The position numbers and the translations under genes were made by a program. A DNA stretch of 60,862 nucleotides, filler included, from Circinaria calcarea (Eukaryota): the NCBI GenBank assembly GCA_051942165.1. It is 10 parts of 10 records of this genome, joined end to end, with 100 filler letters (N's around TTAATTAATTAA, not from the genome) between each part and the next. Parts side by side here need not be neighbours in the genome. Positions count along the whole stretch, not along the records: positions 42,686 to 48,681 come from JAVECS010001717.1; positions 48,782 to 54,773 come from JAVECS010001718.1; positions 54,874 to 60,862 come from JAVECS010001719.1; 7 more parts are not named here. One strand, written 5' to 3'. This document shows positions 48,250-59,970 of this stretch, in pieces. The notes under the pieces were generated by a model. It saw only the letters and a program-made list of their open reading frames with translations. It made no database searches and was not told the DNA's origin. Within the stretch, counting starts at the first letter, position 1. Every line of letters starts with the position of its first letter.

Positions 48250-48264
48250 CCGGGTCTCATAACC
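48250..48264 (-). other. Primer-binding site, tRNA-iMet anticodon-half type
   Basis: Minus-strand GGTTATGAGACCCGG directly after the 5' LTR; resembles the Ty5/copia GGTTATG(A/G)GCCC PBS. Confidence 0.8.
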
Positions 48265-48450
48265 TGTTAATCAATGGATGTGATACAGGGTGGAATAGGC
48301 TGTATTGGCTATGGTAACTACCACTCTATGTGTATGGACTTCACTATGGAATTACATGGCAGAAGGCTCTGCCATATGTGCGTTCGGTAGATAGTTCAAC
48401 CGCTCCGAATACTAATTCCTCCACGCAGTGTAGAACCCCTATTCTTGACA
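48265..48450 (-). repeat. 5' LTR (complete, 186 bp, TG...CA)
   Basis: Plus strand reads TGTTAA...TTGACA, with imperfect inverted termini. Confidence 0.95.
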
Positions 48451-48540
48451 ATTTTATATATTATTTTATATATTTATCCAGAATAGCGTCGCAGAAAAAA
48501 TAATTTAGATTATTAAGAACTCGGTACGGGTAATAATAAA

Positions 48541-48681
48541 TGTCAAGAATAGGGGTTCTACACTGCGTGGAGGAACTAGTATTCGGAGCGGTTGAACTAT
48601 CCACCGAACGCACATATGGCAGAGCCTTCTGCCATGTAATTCCATAGTGAAGTCCATACACATAGAGTGGTAGTTACCATA
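48541..48681 (+). repeat. Third LTR copy in opposite orientation (partial, 141 bp): 5' LTR or solo LTR of a second insertion
   Basis: Exact reverse complement of 42686-42826; starts TGTCAAG with no PPT before it. Confidence 0.9.
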
Positions 48682-49047
48682 NNNNNNNNNNNNNNNNNNN
48701 NNNNNNNNNNNNNNNNNNNNNNNNNTTAATTAATTAANNNNNNNNNNNNNNNNNNNNNNNNNNNNNNNNNNNNNNNNNNNNCGATTGGGGGATTGAAAGT
48801 ATATGTATATAGTCTAAGCTGCTGCTTTCAAGTGCCAGATGCTAAAAACTACCGTTTGTTTCATGCTGTGATTTGATAGAGTGAACGGAGTCATTACGGT
48901 AAAGCGTACTTCGTTTCCTAAAGCTCGAGTTAGGTTTTCTGAAGCTAGAACTATCCATTAAGAATACTCGAAGATATCTCTCGTATACTTGTCGTCCGAG
49001 TACGCTCTCTAGATGGCCCACATAGCGGTGTTCTCCCATTGTTCCAT

Positions 49048-50353
49048 CTATACCTCAGTCGGATTCACCTCATACTCGTGCCTGACGTGAATGGCATCTG
49101 GTGCATTTGTAATTCCTTCTCCCTCCAACGTAGACAGACTTGTTGTACCACCATGGATCGTGGTTTCGTTCTCATTTAGCTTCTTGAAAGGCGATGCGTT
49201 GTGAGTGTCTCGTAACGGGTAGGCGCTTGTGCCGGAATATTTCTTCTTTTGGGTGTCTTTACCGTATGCAGCGCGATAGGAGACCAGGCAAGCAATAATA
49301 ATTGCTGGTGGTAAAAGCAACATTAGTAACAGATCTTGTACGTATCCTGGTGGGGGATGATATATTAGAGGGAGGGTAGAAAGTGTAATAACAAACCAAC
49401 GGCCGATTCAACTGCACTCCACGCGAATAGCCACGAGTCATCCTCTCTAGGTGTCCGAATAGTTATTACGATTTTGATGATTGCCACAATCATTGTAAAA
49501 AGTATAAGGCAGAATACTGCGGCAAGCTCGAACCTCTTTCGGAGGTTCAGGTGTGTGCCCCAGAGTAGGGTGATTGGAATTAATAAAACTATTGGGATTA
49601 GATACAGCAATTACCAAGTTGAAAAGATTGCAATGGAATTGCTTTACTTACTAAGACCGTCTGACGTTACATCGACCCCTGCTTGAACACGTAGAATGGC
49701 ACGTATATATCGTCCTACCTTGGGCTGAGCGCACTTCACTAAATAATATTAGTACGTGTACTTCTATGAAGCTTTTCACTAACCTGCTATCTCCCTTATA
49801 TCTCCAAAAACACACCCATAGGGTTGCACTCCTATGGAGATCGCTAGAGTCGCAACGGTAAATAAAAACACAAACCACCAAAGAATATTTTGCCCCTTGA
49901 CATTCCTCCCCAGCTTCTTGAATAACAGCAAGAGCGCAAACTTAATACACCATAATGAAACAAAATTTATAATGGTGACTGCAAGGCCTTGGTGGACTTG
50001 CTTGTCCAGCTTTTCGAACACATCAGCCGGCGGTGGATATATAGCTCCAACTGAGATGTCCCAAACGTAGTAGATGATGTAGACTCTTTCCTGCCATATA
50101 ATAGCCGTGATGAAAAGGAGAAGCCAGGCTAGGAAGACCAAGGCGTCGTCTGCGAAAAGATTCCGGAAAGCTTTCCAACGGAGGTATCCTCTAAAGAGGA
50201 CAAAGAGGAAGGACACCCAGGTACTAGCCCATACTAGGCCCTACAGTAAAGACCAGTCAGGATGTAATGCGTTGAATCGGATGTAGCACGTACAAGGAAC
50301 GTAGTCTGGCTTATTAACAGAGGTCGAAACCCGTCAGATGATGCGGAGGACAT
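49048..50353 (-). CDS. PTH11-like (rhodopsin-domain) integral membrane protein, multi-exon
   Basis: RGYLRWKAFRNLFADDALV, SLWCIKFALLLLFKKLG, LLIPITLLW..LNLRKRFELAAVFCL, WLFAWSAVESAV-AIIIACLVSYR. Confidence 0.88.
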
Positions 50354-51076
50354 AATCGATGGGAAGAAAGTAGCAGGCAGTATAATGAGTGCCTAAAGAT
50401 CTGAGAAATCAAAGGAACATACGAACCTAGCACTCGATAGACTTGCACAGATGGAAACGCTCAGTGCAATACTTTTTAGGTTAAGCAGGAGTTACTGTTG
50501 TCAAGGGAAACAAGGGAAGCTCGCGTCAGCCCTAACCAGCTGTGCCTCATTTCCAGCCCGAGATGTGTGCATCACCTTGCAGGGCCAGCTGACCACCGAT
50601 GCAGTCATGCATCTTCGGTTACACAGAAAAGCCCATCGACGATCGAAGCATCCTTTATCAGGCGGCCTAATATGACATAGCTGCAGCACGCTGGAGCGTC
50701 ATTGAACTCAAATATCCCTCAGTTGTCTAGACCAACCTAGAGGAATAAGCAAAGCAAAAGTGTGTAAAGTAGTTGGATGGCCTGATCACTATACCTACTT
50801 GAGTGGGTAAATAAGGCTGACAAATTGAGTGCCGGCGATAAGAGGGGGGTGGAAGCGCAATGTGATTCGTACAATATGATAGGGCCTCTACACCGAAGCT
50901 CGAGGCTTGTGACTAGGGCATTCCGGTAGGGACGAGAATTAGGCATGATAAATTACGTGAGACCTGAACCCGAGATTAATCGGTAGCCTAATTATGAAAT
51001 ACGAAATAAAAATCTTAACATATCCTCCGAAGGCCTACCTCCTTAAATTTCAATGGTTTGACCAATATAATTCACG

Positions 51077-53130
51077 CTATTCTAGTTTGGATTTTTTATA
51101 TCTAATCCTTACTTCGTTGGGTGGTAAAACACCCATTCCGAAGTACCGCATATCAGGCTTAAAATCCCTTATCATTTTCCCCAATAATCCTCTCAATCTA
51201 TACCATAAGCTGTCGTCCTGTATAAAGTCAAATTCAATAACAGCTGTTAACATTGCAACACTTAATAATATCTCCTCTTTAGCAAGATGCCGACCTGGAC
51301 ACAAACTATAGCCTCCACCAAAAGGTACCCATATGCCACTTAATCCGGCAAGGGAAAACCGTGGAGAGTTGGGTGAAATGGAAGCGTTATTTGTAGGGAA
51401 GTCCCGAGTATGCGTGTCATCCTGAAATCGATCTTGGGATTTTGCCGCCTGGCCTAATTTTCTGCGTGAAGCGTATTCTGCTTTGAGAGGACCGTCTAAA
51501 GGATTAGAAGGAGAGTTAAGAAATCGTTCTGCCCAAAAGGTATCAAGCGGGTGATTGGCGCAATTTGATCCTGTATTCCATACACCAGCATCCATATGAG
51601 CGGTATGGCTGGATATAGCAACCATTTGGTCCTTGGGAAATATCCAATCTCGGAACTTGAAGTCGGCATGTTCGGACGTTGTCACAAGAAGATTGTAGGT
51701 ACGCAGACGAAGGGTTTCAGCGTAAGCAGACTGAACGAACGGCTGCGTAGAGAGCTTATTGATATTGATATGCAATAAGCTATCTGGGTCCGATGCCACC
51801 GAAAAGGCAGTTTCAGCACGAACCTTTAAGAGAAGCGCTGGATCTTTAACGAGCTCGATGATAAACCAGGCGATCGCCGTTATAATATTCGAATTTGCAC
51901 TGTGGAAATGTTAGTAAGTTCGTGAAAATAGAATTACTAATCTTCTTGGGGTTCCTTTCATAAGGCCATTGAAAGAAGTAGGCTGGCGGTATAATACTCA
52001 CGCCCATATTACTCCTAATTCGGAACTGGCAATCGCATCTGCATCTAATAGCTTCATCTTGGCGTGCATATGCTTCCGAGCTCTAATGTAATCGCTCCCA
52101 TAAGAGATGTATCTTTCCTCACCCGACAGTATTTTCCCGTCCTGCTGTTTCTGCGATTCTATATGCCATTTCTTTATGTCTTCTAAACACCGCTCCCGAG
52201 CGCGCCATGTTTTAGGAATCAGCCAGCGTGGGTAACCTCTTAGCAGATACGTTAAGCCACGGTGAAACTCCCGGAAATCGGAAGCAAAGTTGGGGTTCAG
52301 AGAAAGAAACGATGTTCCAAATAAAGCCTCGATCTGAGTAGGAAATATAATATCGAAAATCAAAGAATAAAGATCTGTTGTTTCGCTCCATTGATTGTCA
52401 AGTGAGAGCGCGCCGATTCGATTCTTTAAGTGATACTGAAAATATGAGCTCAAAGAGTTTAGGTGTAAGCCAGAAAGATATCTAGCTGAGGTATCATGGG
52501 TATGAAACCATATACGGTTCTCCGGCTCGACGTTGCTTTTAGGATGTGGCCGTGGACCTCGCCCTGAGTCGTCGGATTCACAGAAGCTAGCCCCATTGGG
52601 TTTCAGTTTGAGAATATTCCGCATCCCCATCAACTGAATTGCTTTTGGCGTAAACGTATCTGAGTTTCTCCAAATAAGGTTGATGTTCGACGGTCCCGAT
52701 ATAAGGTACATCTCCTGTGCTAGGAGTTTTACGCGACATGGTATGGGATCGTCGAAGATTTTCCTAAAGGGCTCCTCAGCTTCCGACTTTCTTCCATGCC
52801 AATAATCACCACTTACGTGATACACAGTAACAATTCCGCAGGGTTTCGAACAAAGGATACTAAATGTCCCACGAACGGATTCCAGTAGGGAGCTATGGGT
52901 GGTTTCCTTCCAATTTTGTTGCTCCGGAGAGCGAGCTGGCAGGATACATACGTGAAAATATAAGTTGAAAGAAGCGACAAGAAGCACGCAAGAAAGCACT
53001 TTAGCTTCCAGTCCCAGCGTGAGATATAGATTGGAGTAGAAAGAATAGCTGAAAATCTTGGCTTGATAAGGGCAGCTACCGCAAAAAGAGAATCGATAAT
53101 TTGGACTTGGTCGGCCATGTCTATAGACAT
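51077..53130 (-). CDS. Cytochrome P450, CYP7/CYP8-like (group IV), 2 introns
   Basis: PPIAPYWNPFVGH, I-helix WA-ANSNIITAIAWF, ETLRL (ExxR), FWAERF, heme motif PFGGGYSLCPGRHLA. Start is 53130 or 53118. Confidence 0.93.
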
Positions 53131-54293
53131 CAAGAAATTTGCATTAGTAGCAAAGAACTTCAGCCATTTTGCAGATATTAGAGGCAGTAATGAAAATGCT
53201 TTTGAGCGCAATCTATAAGCCTCAGGAAACTAGCTTCTACCACCCACCCACCACACTCATGCAAGAAAAGCCTAGGTAAGGTAAGGCACTCTGCTATGTG
53301 CGTCTCATACCTGCTAGTTCAGACCATCATATGACGAGGTTACCCTTTATTGCCTATGGTCTATGAGAGTAAGGCGTTACGGTAGTATGGCACTCACCCC
53401 AAACACCAAGCCGGTGTTGTGCGCACCAATAGCGCATTGAGAAAGTATAGCTAGGCAGCCATGGTAATGATCCTTTAAAGGGGTGGGGGAAAGTAGGCGC
53501 ATGGCACAGGCCGCATATGGCGATACTTCAGGGCTGTAAACTCAGCGCAGGAGAGCATGCTCCCCGCAACCGCGTTGGCATTGCATTGCAGGACCGCTGC
53601 ATTAACACTGCTTGCACTACTGACGGCGCTGCTGTTGACTTGTGCGATATGCAAGAGAAGATCTAGGTGAAGGCTTAGTAGGTGTTACTTCCCAATTGAA
53701 ATCTGAGAGGTGGACATACATGCATGCTGGGAAGGTCACCACACAAGCGGGCTAACCATTGAATAGCATTCAGCAAGGCCAAAGATTAGCCTAAACCAGG
53801 GACTGCCCGCAACCAAGGCATTGGGGGCCTTGTTACTCCACTTGAAGGCCAGTTCTTACTGCGCCGTTCAGCTGGCTGCTGGCAAATCCTGTATATCGTA
53901 GCCGATGGTGGGTCTGGACTCTTCAGTATGAGGTAAGCTGACGTTTTTTCATGATTATATCGTAATCCTGTAAGTTAGAGATTCATTCCACTGGGATACA
54001 AAAAGACTGATTAGATAGATCCAATGTAGCAGTCGATTTCGCTCTCACAGGCAAGTCTCATGAACAAGAAGATAAGTCGCAGTGGAGCTAGCACACAGGT
54101 ATAGGAAAAAATCTCAAACCGCTTCGTACCATTAACATAACTTGCAGCTTAAATGAAGTTAATTTTTATGGGAGGACGGTGGTCTAGAGGTGGGGGAGCA
54201 TGCAGCTATGATACAACATCGGGAGCGCTTAGGAAATAATTAATAAATCACGCTTGGCCCACCAGTCTCGGAGCTAAGGCAAAATCGTAAACC

Positions 54294-54773
54294 ATGTCGT
54301 CTCCATCGTTCTTCCTTCACCCCATCACATTCTACTTCGTACAAAATGCCCTCACTATCTCCGCCATTGCCTTTACTTCTCCTTCCTCACCTCTCCGGTT
54401 CGCCCTCCTTCCCTTCAACTTACTCTGCATTTATGCTATCTTCCCAACCTACCTTGATAGACTCCCTCGTGGCGTCGTTGCGTCAATCGTGTCTGGCACC
54501 ACTTTCGCCAGTGTCCTCCAATACATAGACCTTGTTATCCTTTCTCGATGGAGCTGTGATCAGAGCGGACTTTATCAACGTCTCCAACATGGCTATTTCA
54601 TCAACTCTGCCTCTCGTCTTATTGGCACTTCGCTACAAGTCAAAAATGTTCCCTCCTACTCAACCTCTAATCGTGCCTACATCCCCTCCCGAACTTCCTT
54701 CCTCCTCCGCAAAGTACTAATCTTCTGTATGTCCTACGCCCTACTCGATCTCGCGACGTCAAGCGCGAAGCCC
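54294..54773 (+). CDS. Membrane-bound O-acyltransferase (wax-synthase/Tri7/Pyr8-like), 5' fragment
   Basis: AFTSPSSPLRFALLP, LQYIDLVILSRWS, RLIGTSLQVKNVPSYS...PSRTSFLLR pattern of fungal secondary-metabolite MBOAT acetyltransferases. Confidence 0.8.
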
Positions 54774-56145
54774 NNNNNNNNNNNNNNNNNNNNNNNNNNN
54801 NNNNNNNNNNNNNNNNNTTAATTAATTAANNNNNNNNNNNNNNNNNNNNNNNNNNNNNNNNNNNNNNNNNNNNCGACCGAACGAACCCTGTTTGAATTCT
54901 CCCTTGTATGTGAAAATCCCGGCTGTCGAAATTTCATTCAAAAACTCGACGGTTCATGATTCCTCTTTCCTGTTTCTGATTCTGGATGGTGTGCGGGGGT
55001 TAAGGATGGGTGAATCCGGTAATTCGTGTTGTGAGGGCAGGGAGGGAGGACTGTTCCGGATTTGAAAGGGGGCGGGACCAGGGACTGACAGCCTTACAAG
55101 GCTGTGCGTAAGGATGCACTATCAGTGCAAAAGGGTTTGGGCTGACAGTACGGGCTCGGCTTCTCAGTGCACATTGCACCGGTAAACTGCCAAGGCCGCA
55201 CTGCACTATTGGAGCCCTTGGAGGGGAGGGGAGTGCGAGATGGCAAGAGGGTAAGGGAGAGGATGGGTGGGATTGAACTCAAGTCATTTGACATAGAGGA
55301 TTGCTGTCTGCCAAGCAAACATGATATGGTTCGATGGCAAACTGCGAAACGAGGGATTTTTCCAGGCCGTTTTCCGGATAATTTGCATCTGCAGACATTG
55401 TGAGGCTACCATGGCTGTCTAGCATGCTGTTTTGAATAAACTCTATGACTGTTCGAACCCCACGGTTCAATCTTGGCCCTCGTGCGCGATGATCGGTAAG
55501 CGGAACGTGCCGTTTTCGCCACTCGTGGAACTGGCTAGAAGGGAAAACCTCAAAAGCTCACAGACCCAGGCCCGTAGGAGTCACCTCCAGAGTAGTCTGG
55601 AATGACCAACCCCCTTTTTTGATCATGTTGACTCCAGTGACGCGATGATTCGATAGCTGACCTCGCCCCCCAGAAAGCGCCCATAGGAAATGATCTTCAG
55701 CGCTGACGGGTATTTGCAATGCATAGAAGCGTCTCAGATAATTCTTCGAAAGTGTAACAAGTAAGTGCCAAAGTGGCGTGGGCAACCCGCGGAAAGCAGC
55801 ATGGAAGGAAATTCTTTTGTGTTTCAACTCGTAGGCTACCGTATTGTCTGAAGGACGGTAGTGGGAGAGCAAGGCGTTTAATGACGTTTAATACTTTGGT
55901 TGAGGGTGAGTAAAGGGAGCTCCGGATGACAGATGACGGATTCCATGCTCAAGGATGAATTGATTGCTGTTAATGTTGTAAAGGTAGGGAAAGCACGGGA
56001 AAAGAGCCGCAAGATGAAGTCGAATAGATGATACTCATCAATTGGGGCCCGTGTAACACAACACGGCCGACTCAGTAAACCGCCGAAAAATGCTTCATTC
56101 CTCGACAGGGGGCATATGGCCGCAATAAGGCATCGGAGCACGCTT

Positions 56146-56655
56146 TCACCACACTCTCGTATCACGTCGAATCAAGTGATGGTAGAACCGGTAGAATACC
56201 TCGCCCGAGAGAGCTCCCAAGGAACATGCTCCCAGTGCTATCAGCTTTCGCGGTCCACCCATCTGTCGGTAAAGGCCTTGAGCTTTCCACGACAAAGCGA
56301 AGAAAGTGGTGACGGAGGCCGTGCAAAGTAACTCGGAGCTGTGGTAACTGGGGTCGCCTGGGCGGGTTGGGCCGGACAAGATGATGGCGGCAGGAACGCA
56401 AAATGAAGCTGCCCGTCCGGCTCTCGGAATTGTCCGACGGAGAAGAACAGCAGGTGTCTCCTATTTGGCCACATCATGATGATACCGGAGGTGGAGGCTG
56501 ATGTCCTGCCCTTTAAGTTTCTGGTTTATACGCAAGAACTCATTATTCACATCGGCGAAAAGAGTGTAACAGCCGGCGACAGCAAAGCCTCGAGCAGCAT
56601 ATGCTACCGTACCCAATGCAAACGGCGAGAACCCTTGAGGCATGGTGGGATCCAT
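56146..56655 (-). pseudogene. Small hydrophobic ORF interrupted by one in-frame TAG
   Basis: Track ORFs 56461-56772 and 56146-56379 share a frame, and the gap between them is open apart from TAG at 56463-56461. Confidence 0.4.
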
Positions 56656-57343
56656 GTTCGAATAATCAATGATGTGGGATCTGGTATTGCTTTGTATAGT
56701 TGTAGGAAGAGTGAGGAAATACAGTATAGTAAATACGATCAAACGAAGTTCGTCCCTTACTCTGTACATCAAAAACGTGCGCCCCCACCCACCTCATGCC
56801 GTGCCACACGAGATAGGCGTTAAATACATCCCTTTGTGTGTATGCCTTGCGAGCATGTGTAACTCCACGAGTAAATGCTTGAACGATTGAACGATTCACA
56901 ATCTACATTACTATCATATTCCTTCAGAGGCGAATACGGAGCTTTCCCTTAAACGTCAAAGGAACAGAGTGTTTGCAGAAAACCGTACCGGTGGCTACTT
57001 TCTTCTCCTTTCCCGGATCCTTCACAGTTTGCAAAATGTGCTTCGGGACCCTCCTACTCACCTAACTCCGTAGCTTTACAGTCTGAAGTGCCCTGACTAT
57101 ACGGGCTTACCCAAGGGAAGATGCCTCATGATTTGCCTGCTCAGGAACCAACCTCTCTGCATCACAGTCAACATGGATATCGGGTCTTCCCTTATCAACC
57201 CCTACTCCATTTTTGTCTTTCCTCTCTTCCGTCTCATGATCATCCCGCTCACACGTAACCTAGGTCTTCGTTACCAACGGCTTAACATTACTTCAACAAG
57301 GTCCCGGCCCCGGTTTGATGACTTTCCATTGTCAATTGATTCC

Positions 57344-58568
57344 TTATCCCTTCCTACGCAGATCTAGAATATCAGACAATTTTACTTCACCCTTGCCTCC
57401 CCAACCCGCCACACCATTTTGTACTTCTGGTCTCACATGGATATACCAGGACCAGGCTCGTCGGTCTAGCTCCTCTGTACTCAAGACATGCGACCATGAA
57501 GCGTACAAAAGGTCCAAGGCACGAAGTAACATGGCTAGGTTTCTTTCTATCTCCACTGATAATTCCTTCCCGGATTTCTTCTTTGAAATAGCTTGGGTCG
57601 TGTCTGTTGATGGTCCAAGACCGGTAAAAAATGACCTAAGAATATAGGCCCTCGCGGATTGAGGGGTGTAGATGGGAAGTCCTTGAGCACCAGTTTGACC
57701 CTGAGTTCCAGAACCAGGTAATCCATTGGATGTGCGGAGTGCTTCAAGATCAAGACCCCATAACGCAGGCTCGGACTCGAGTTGCTGCTTGGGACTGGGA
57801 TCTGCTTCCGCTTTCACGGTGCCAGCGCTCGAGGCAACTTCATCTTTGGCGCTGCCTTGTTCGTGACTCTCGATCCCTCTGACTTCTTGTGGGTCGTAAC
57901 CCCACCGCTTGAGCACCCGTATCTCTCTTCCCATCACGCGTACCTTGGGCTGCCCCTGACCCCACCCGTCTTCCTCGGCACTGTTCCCTTTCTCCAACCC
58001 TAGACTTACCGCTTTACTTCTACTGTTCACGCTCACAACAGCTTGGGCCAGACTCAATCGGGAGGACAATGGTTGATCCGGCATCGTATATTTCAGGAGA
58101 GCGACAGCAAAAGCTAAGACCAGGGGTGCTCGGTTGGTATAAAGCACCACCTTGGACAGCACCTCCTCATCCTCTGTCGTCTTCGGAAGGGAAAGAGATT
58201 CTTCCATGGTAGCTGGTGTCATTGGTTCTTCCAGTGAAGTCCTCCTTTGCTTGGATGGTAAGGTGGGTGATGCATCCGATGGTCGCTTCTTTGAGAGTCT
58301 CTTTGCAGCGTTGAGTACCTGTTTGGCTAGCTTTTCATCGGCAAAGACAGCATCGATATCTTGAACGCTGGCCTTGGCAAGGCAAGCAGGGCTAGGTCAC
58401 ACTTTAGCATGTAAATCAATTGATAGTATACATGATAACAGTATGAACCTACCTCATCAAGGAGACCTGCTGCAACTCCTTGATCTTTGCCATGGCTATA
58501 GGCAAGGGTATCTTTGCATCTCGAGCCAGGAAGCGTAACAGGTCTTGAACTTCTACCTGCGTGCTCAT
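57344..58568 (-). CDS. Conserved fungal hypothetical protein (1 intron)
   Basis: MSTQVEVQDLLRFLARDAKIPLPIAMAKIKELQ, intron, ...TNRAPLVLAFAV...QPLSSRLSLAQAVVSVNSRSKAVSLGL...ELDRRAWSWYIHVRPEV..GVAGWGGKGEVKLSDILDLRR. Confidence 0.85.
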
Positions 58569-59970
58569 TATACCGTGAACGAGATATGTACGGTGATCTA
58601 AGATTAATCTTCGTATTGGAGTACTGACTTGGCATTCGCATTTATGAAGAATTCATTGACATCGATATTACCCGTTATCATATCTAAGGTGTTGCCTGGA
58701 CGTTCCCCGGGTTTGGCAAGGTGCGGCGTATATGCAGCCCCGCCACATCAGATCCTTTGCCATAGACCATGCAGGCTCAATAATGTTTTTTTTAAACGTC
58801 GATCTATTACTATCCACCACCCTATTTGTATTAATATACTCGTGACTCGTTACGGCCAATTGGAGCGAGATGTATTTCTCCTTAGAACTCAACCGGGTCT
58901 GCTTCTCGAACAGGACGTCTACAGCAACTCTCAGAGTGTTGTTCCCTGAACACTCGCCCTAGGAGTTCCCCTGTCTAGGAACTTTACATTTCCTCGCCAT
59001 ACCATCATGATGGCGCACGTCAAAACTTCTGCGTTCCACCTGTGTCCATCCTTTTCTGATTCGGTCCATTTTGAGGGGAAGTTTTCATACAAGAGATTCT
59101 CGGTCCTTCTCCTGTGTTTTCGATATTAGCTATGTGCCTCTATCGTCGTTCGCTCTATTGAGTTTCCACGGTTGCATCCTTAACAGCGTCCCGGAAACCA
59201 AACTTATTGACCAACACATGACTCAATTGAGCAGTATGCGAAGCTTGTGCTTGAAACGATCAATCGGAACCCTCCTGGTGCTATCATGCTCAGCCTATTT
59301 GTGCATTTGAGGTCCTGACCCTCTCATGTATAGATAGCAAATCAAGGAACAATTAGATTTACGGTCTCCATCTGGGATCCAACTCCATCAATTGCTAACG
59401 TAGTACCAATGGCCGCCGTATCGGTATTCTACACAAAGCTTTTTAGTGCAGCTCACGAAGCTCAAGGAATACAAATTCAATTTAGCATCGTAAACTAGTG
59501 GTTTGAACGATTCGTGCGGCTAAAGCTTCCGTTCATGTCTTCATTTGTAAAGCTCGATAGCACCATAATTCTTACCGGACGCGCAATCCAAAGGTCATGT
59601 GTTGCCTCAGAAACAGAAAAAGGCCCGAGTCTCGGCTGCGATTTCGAGTTATTGTTACTGCACCTTATCGTTCCTTCCGTGCTAGTAAACGGCCTAACCG
59701 GGAATCGAGGTCCGCACCACCTTGAATTCGACCTTTCCCCTTTCGAGCTACACCTTGAAGCAATTCGCCCATCAACAATAAATTCCGGCTTCCTCATCCT
59801 TCCCTCTCTTTTCCCCCACCAACGTCTACGGAGTATCACCACTTGACATTTCCCAACTCCACATCATCTTCCGATTATATCGATAGCCGGTATCTTCTTC
59901 TCTCAAGAGCAAGACAATCACCCTCGAAACGCATCTCCTCTTCCATCCAATTCCATCAAGCACCCACATC

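Larger units (their letters stand above)
42686..48450 (-). mobile_element. Ty1/copia LTR retrotransposon, apparently intact (3' LTR clipped by contig end)
   Basis: Direct LTRs at 48265-48450 and 42686-42826, PBS, PPT and a single gag-pol ORF in PR-IN-RT-RH order. Confidence 0.97.
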
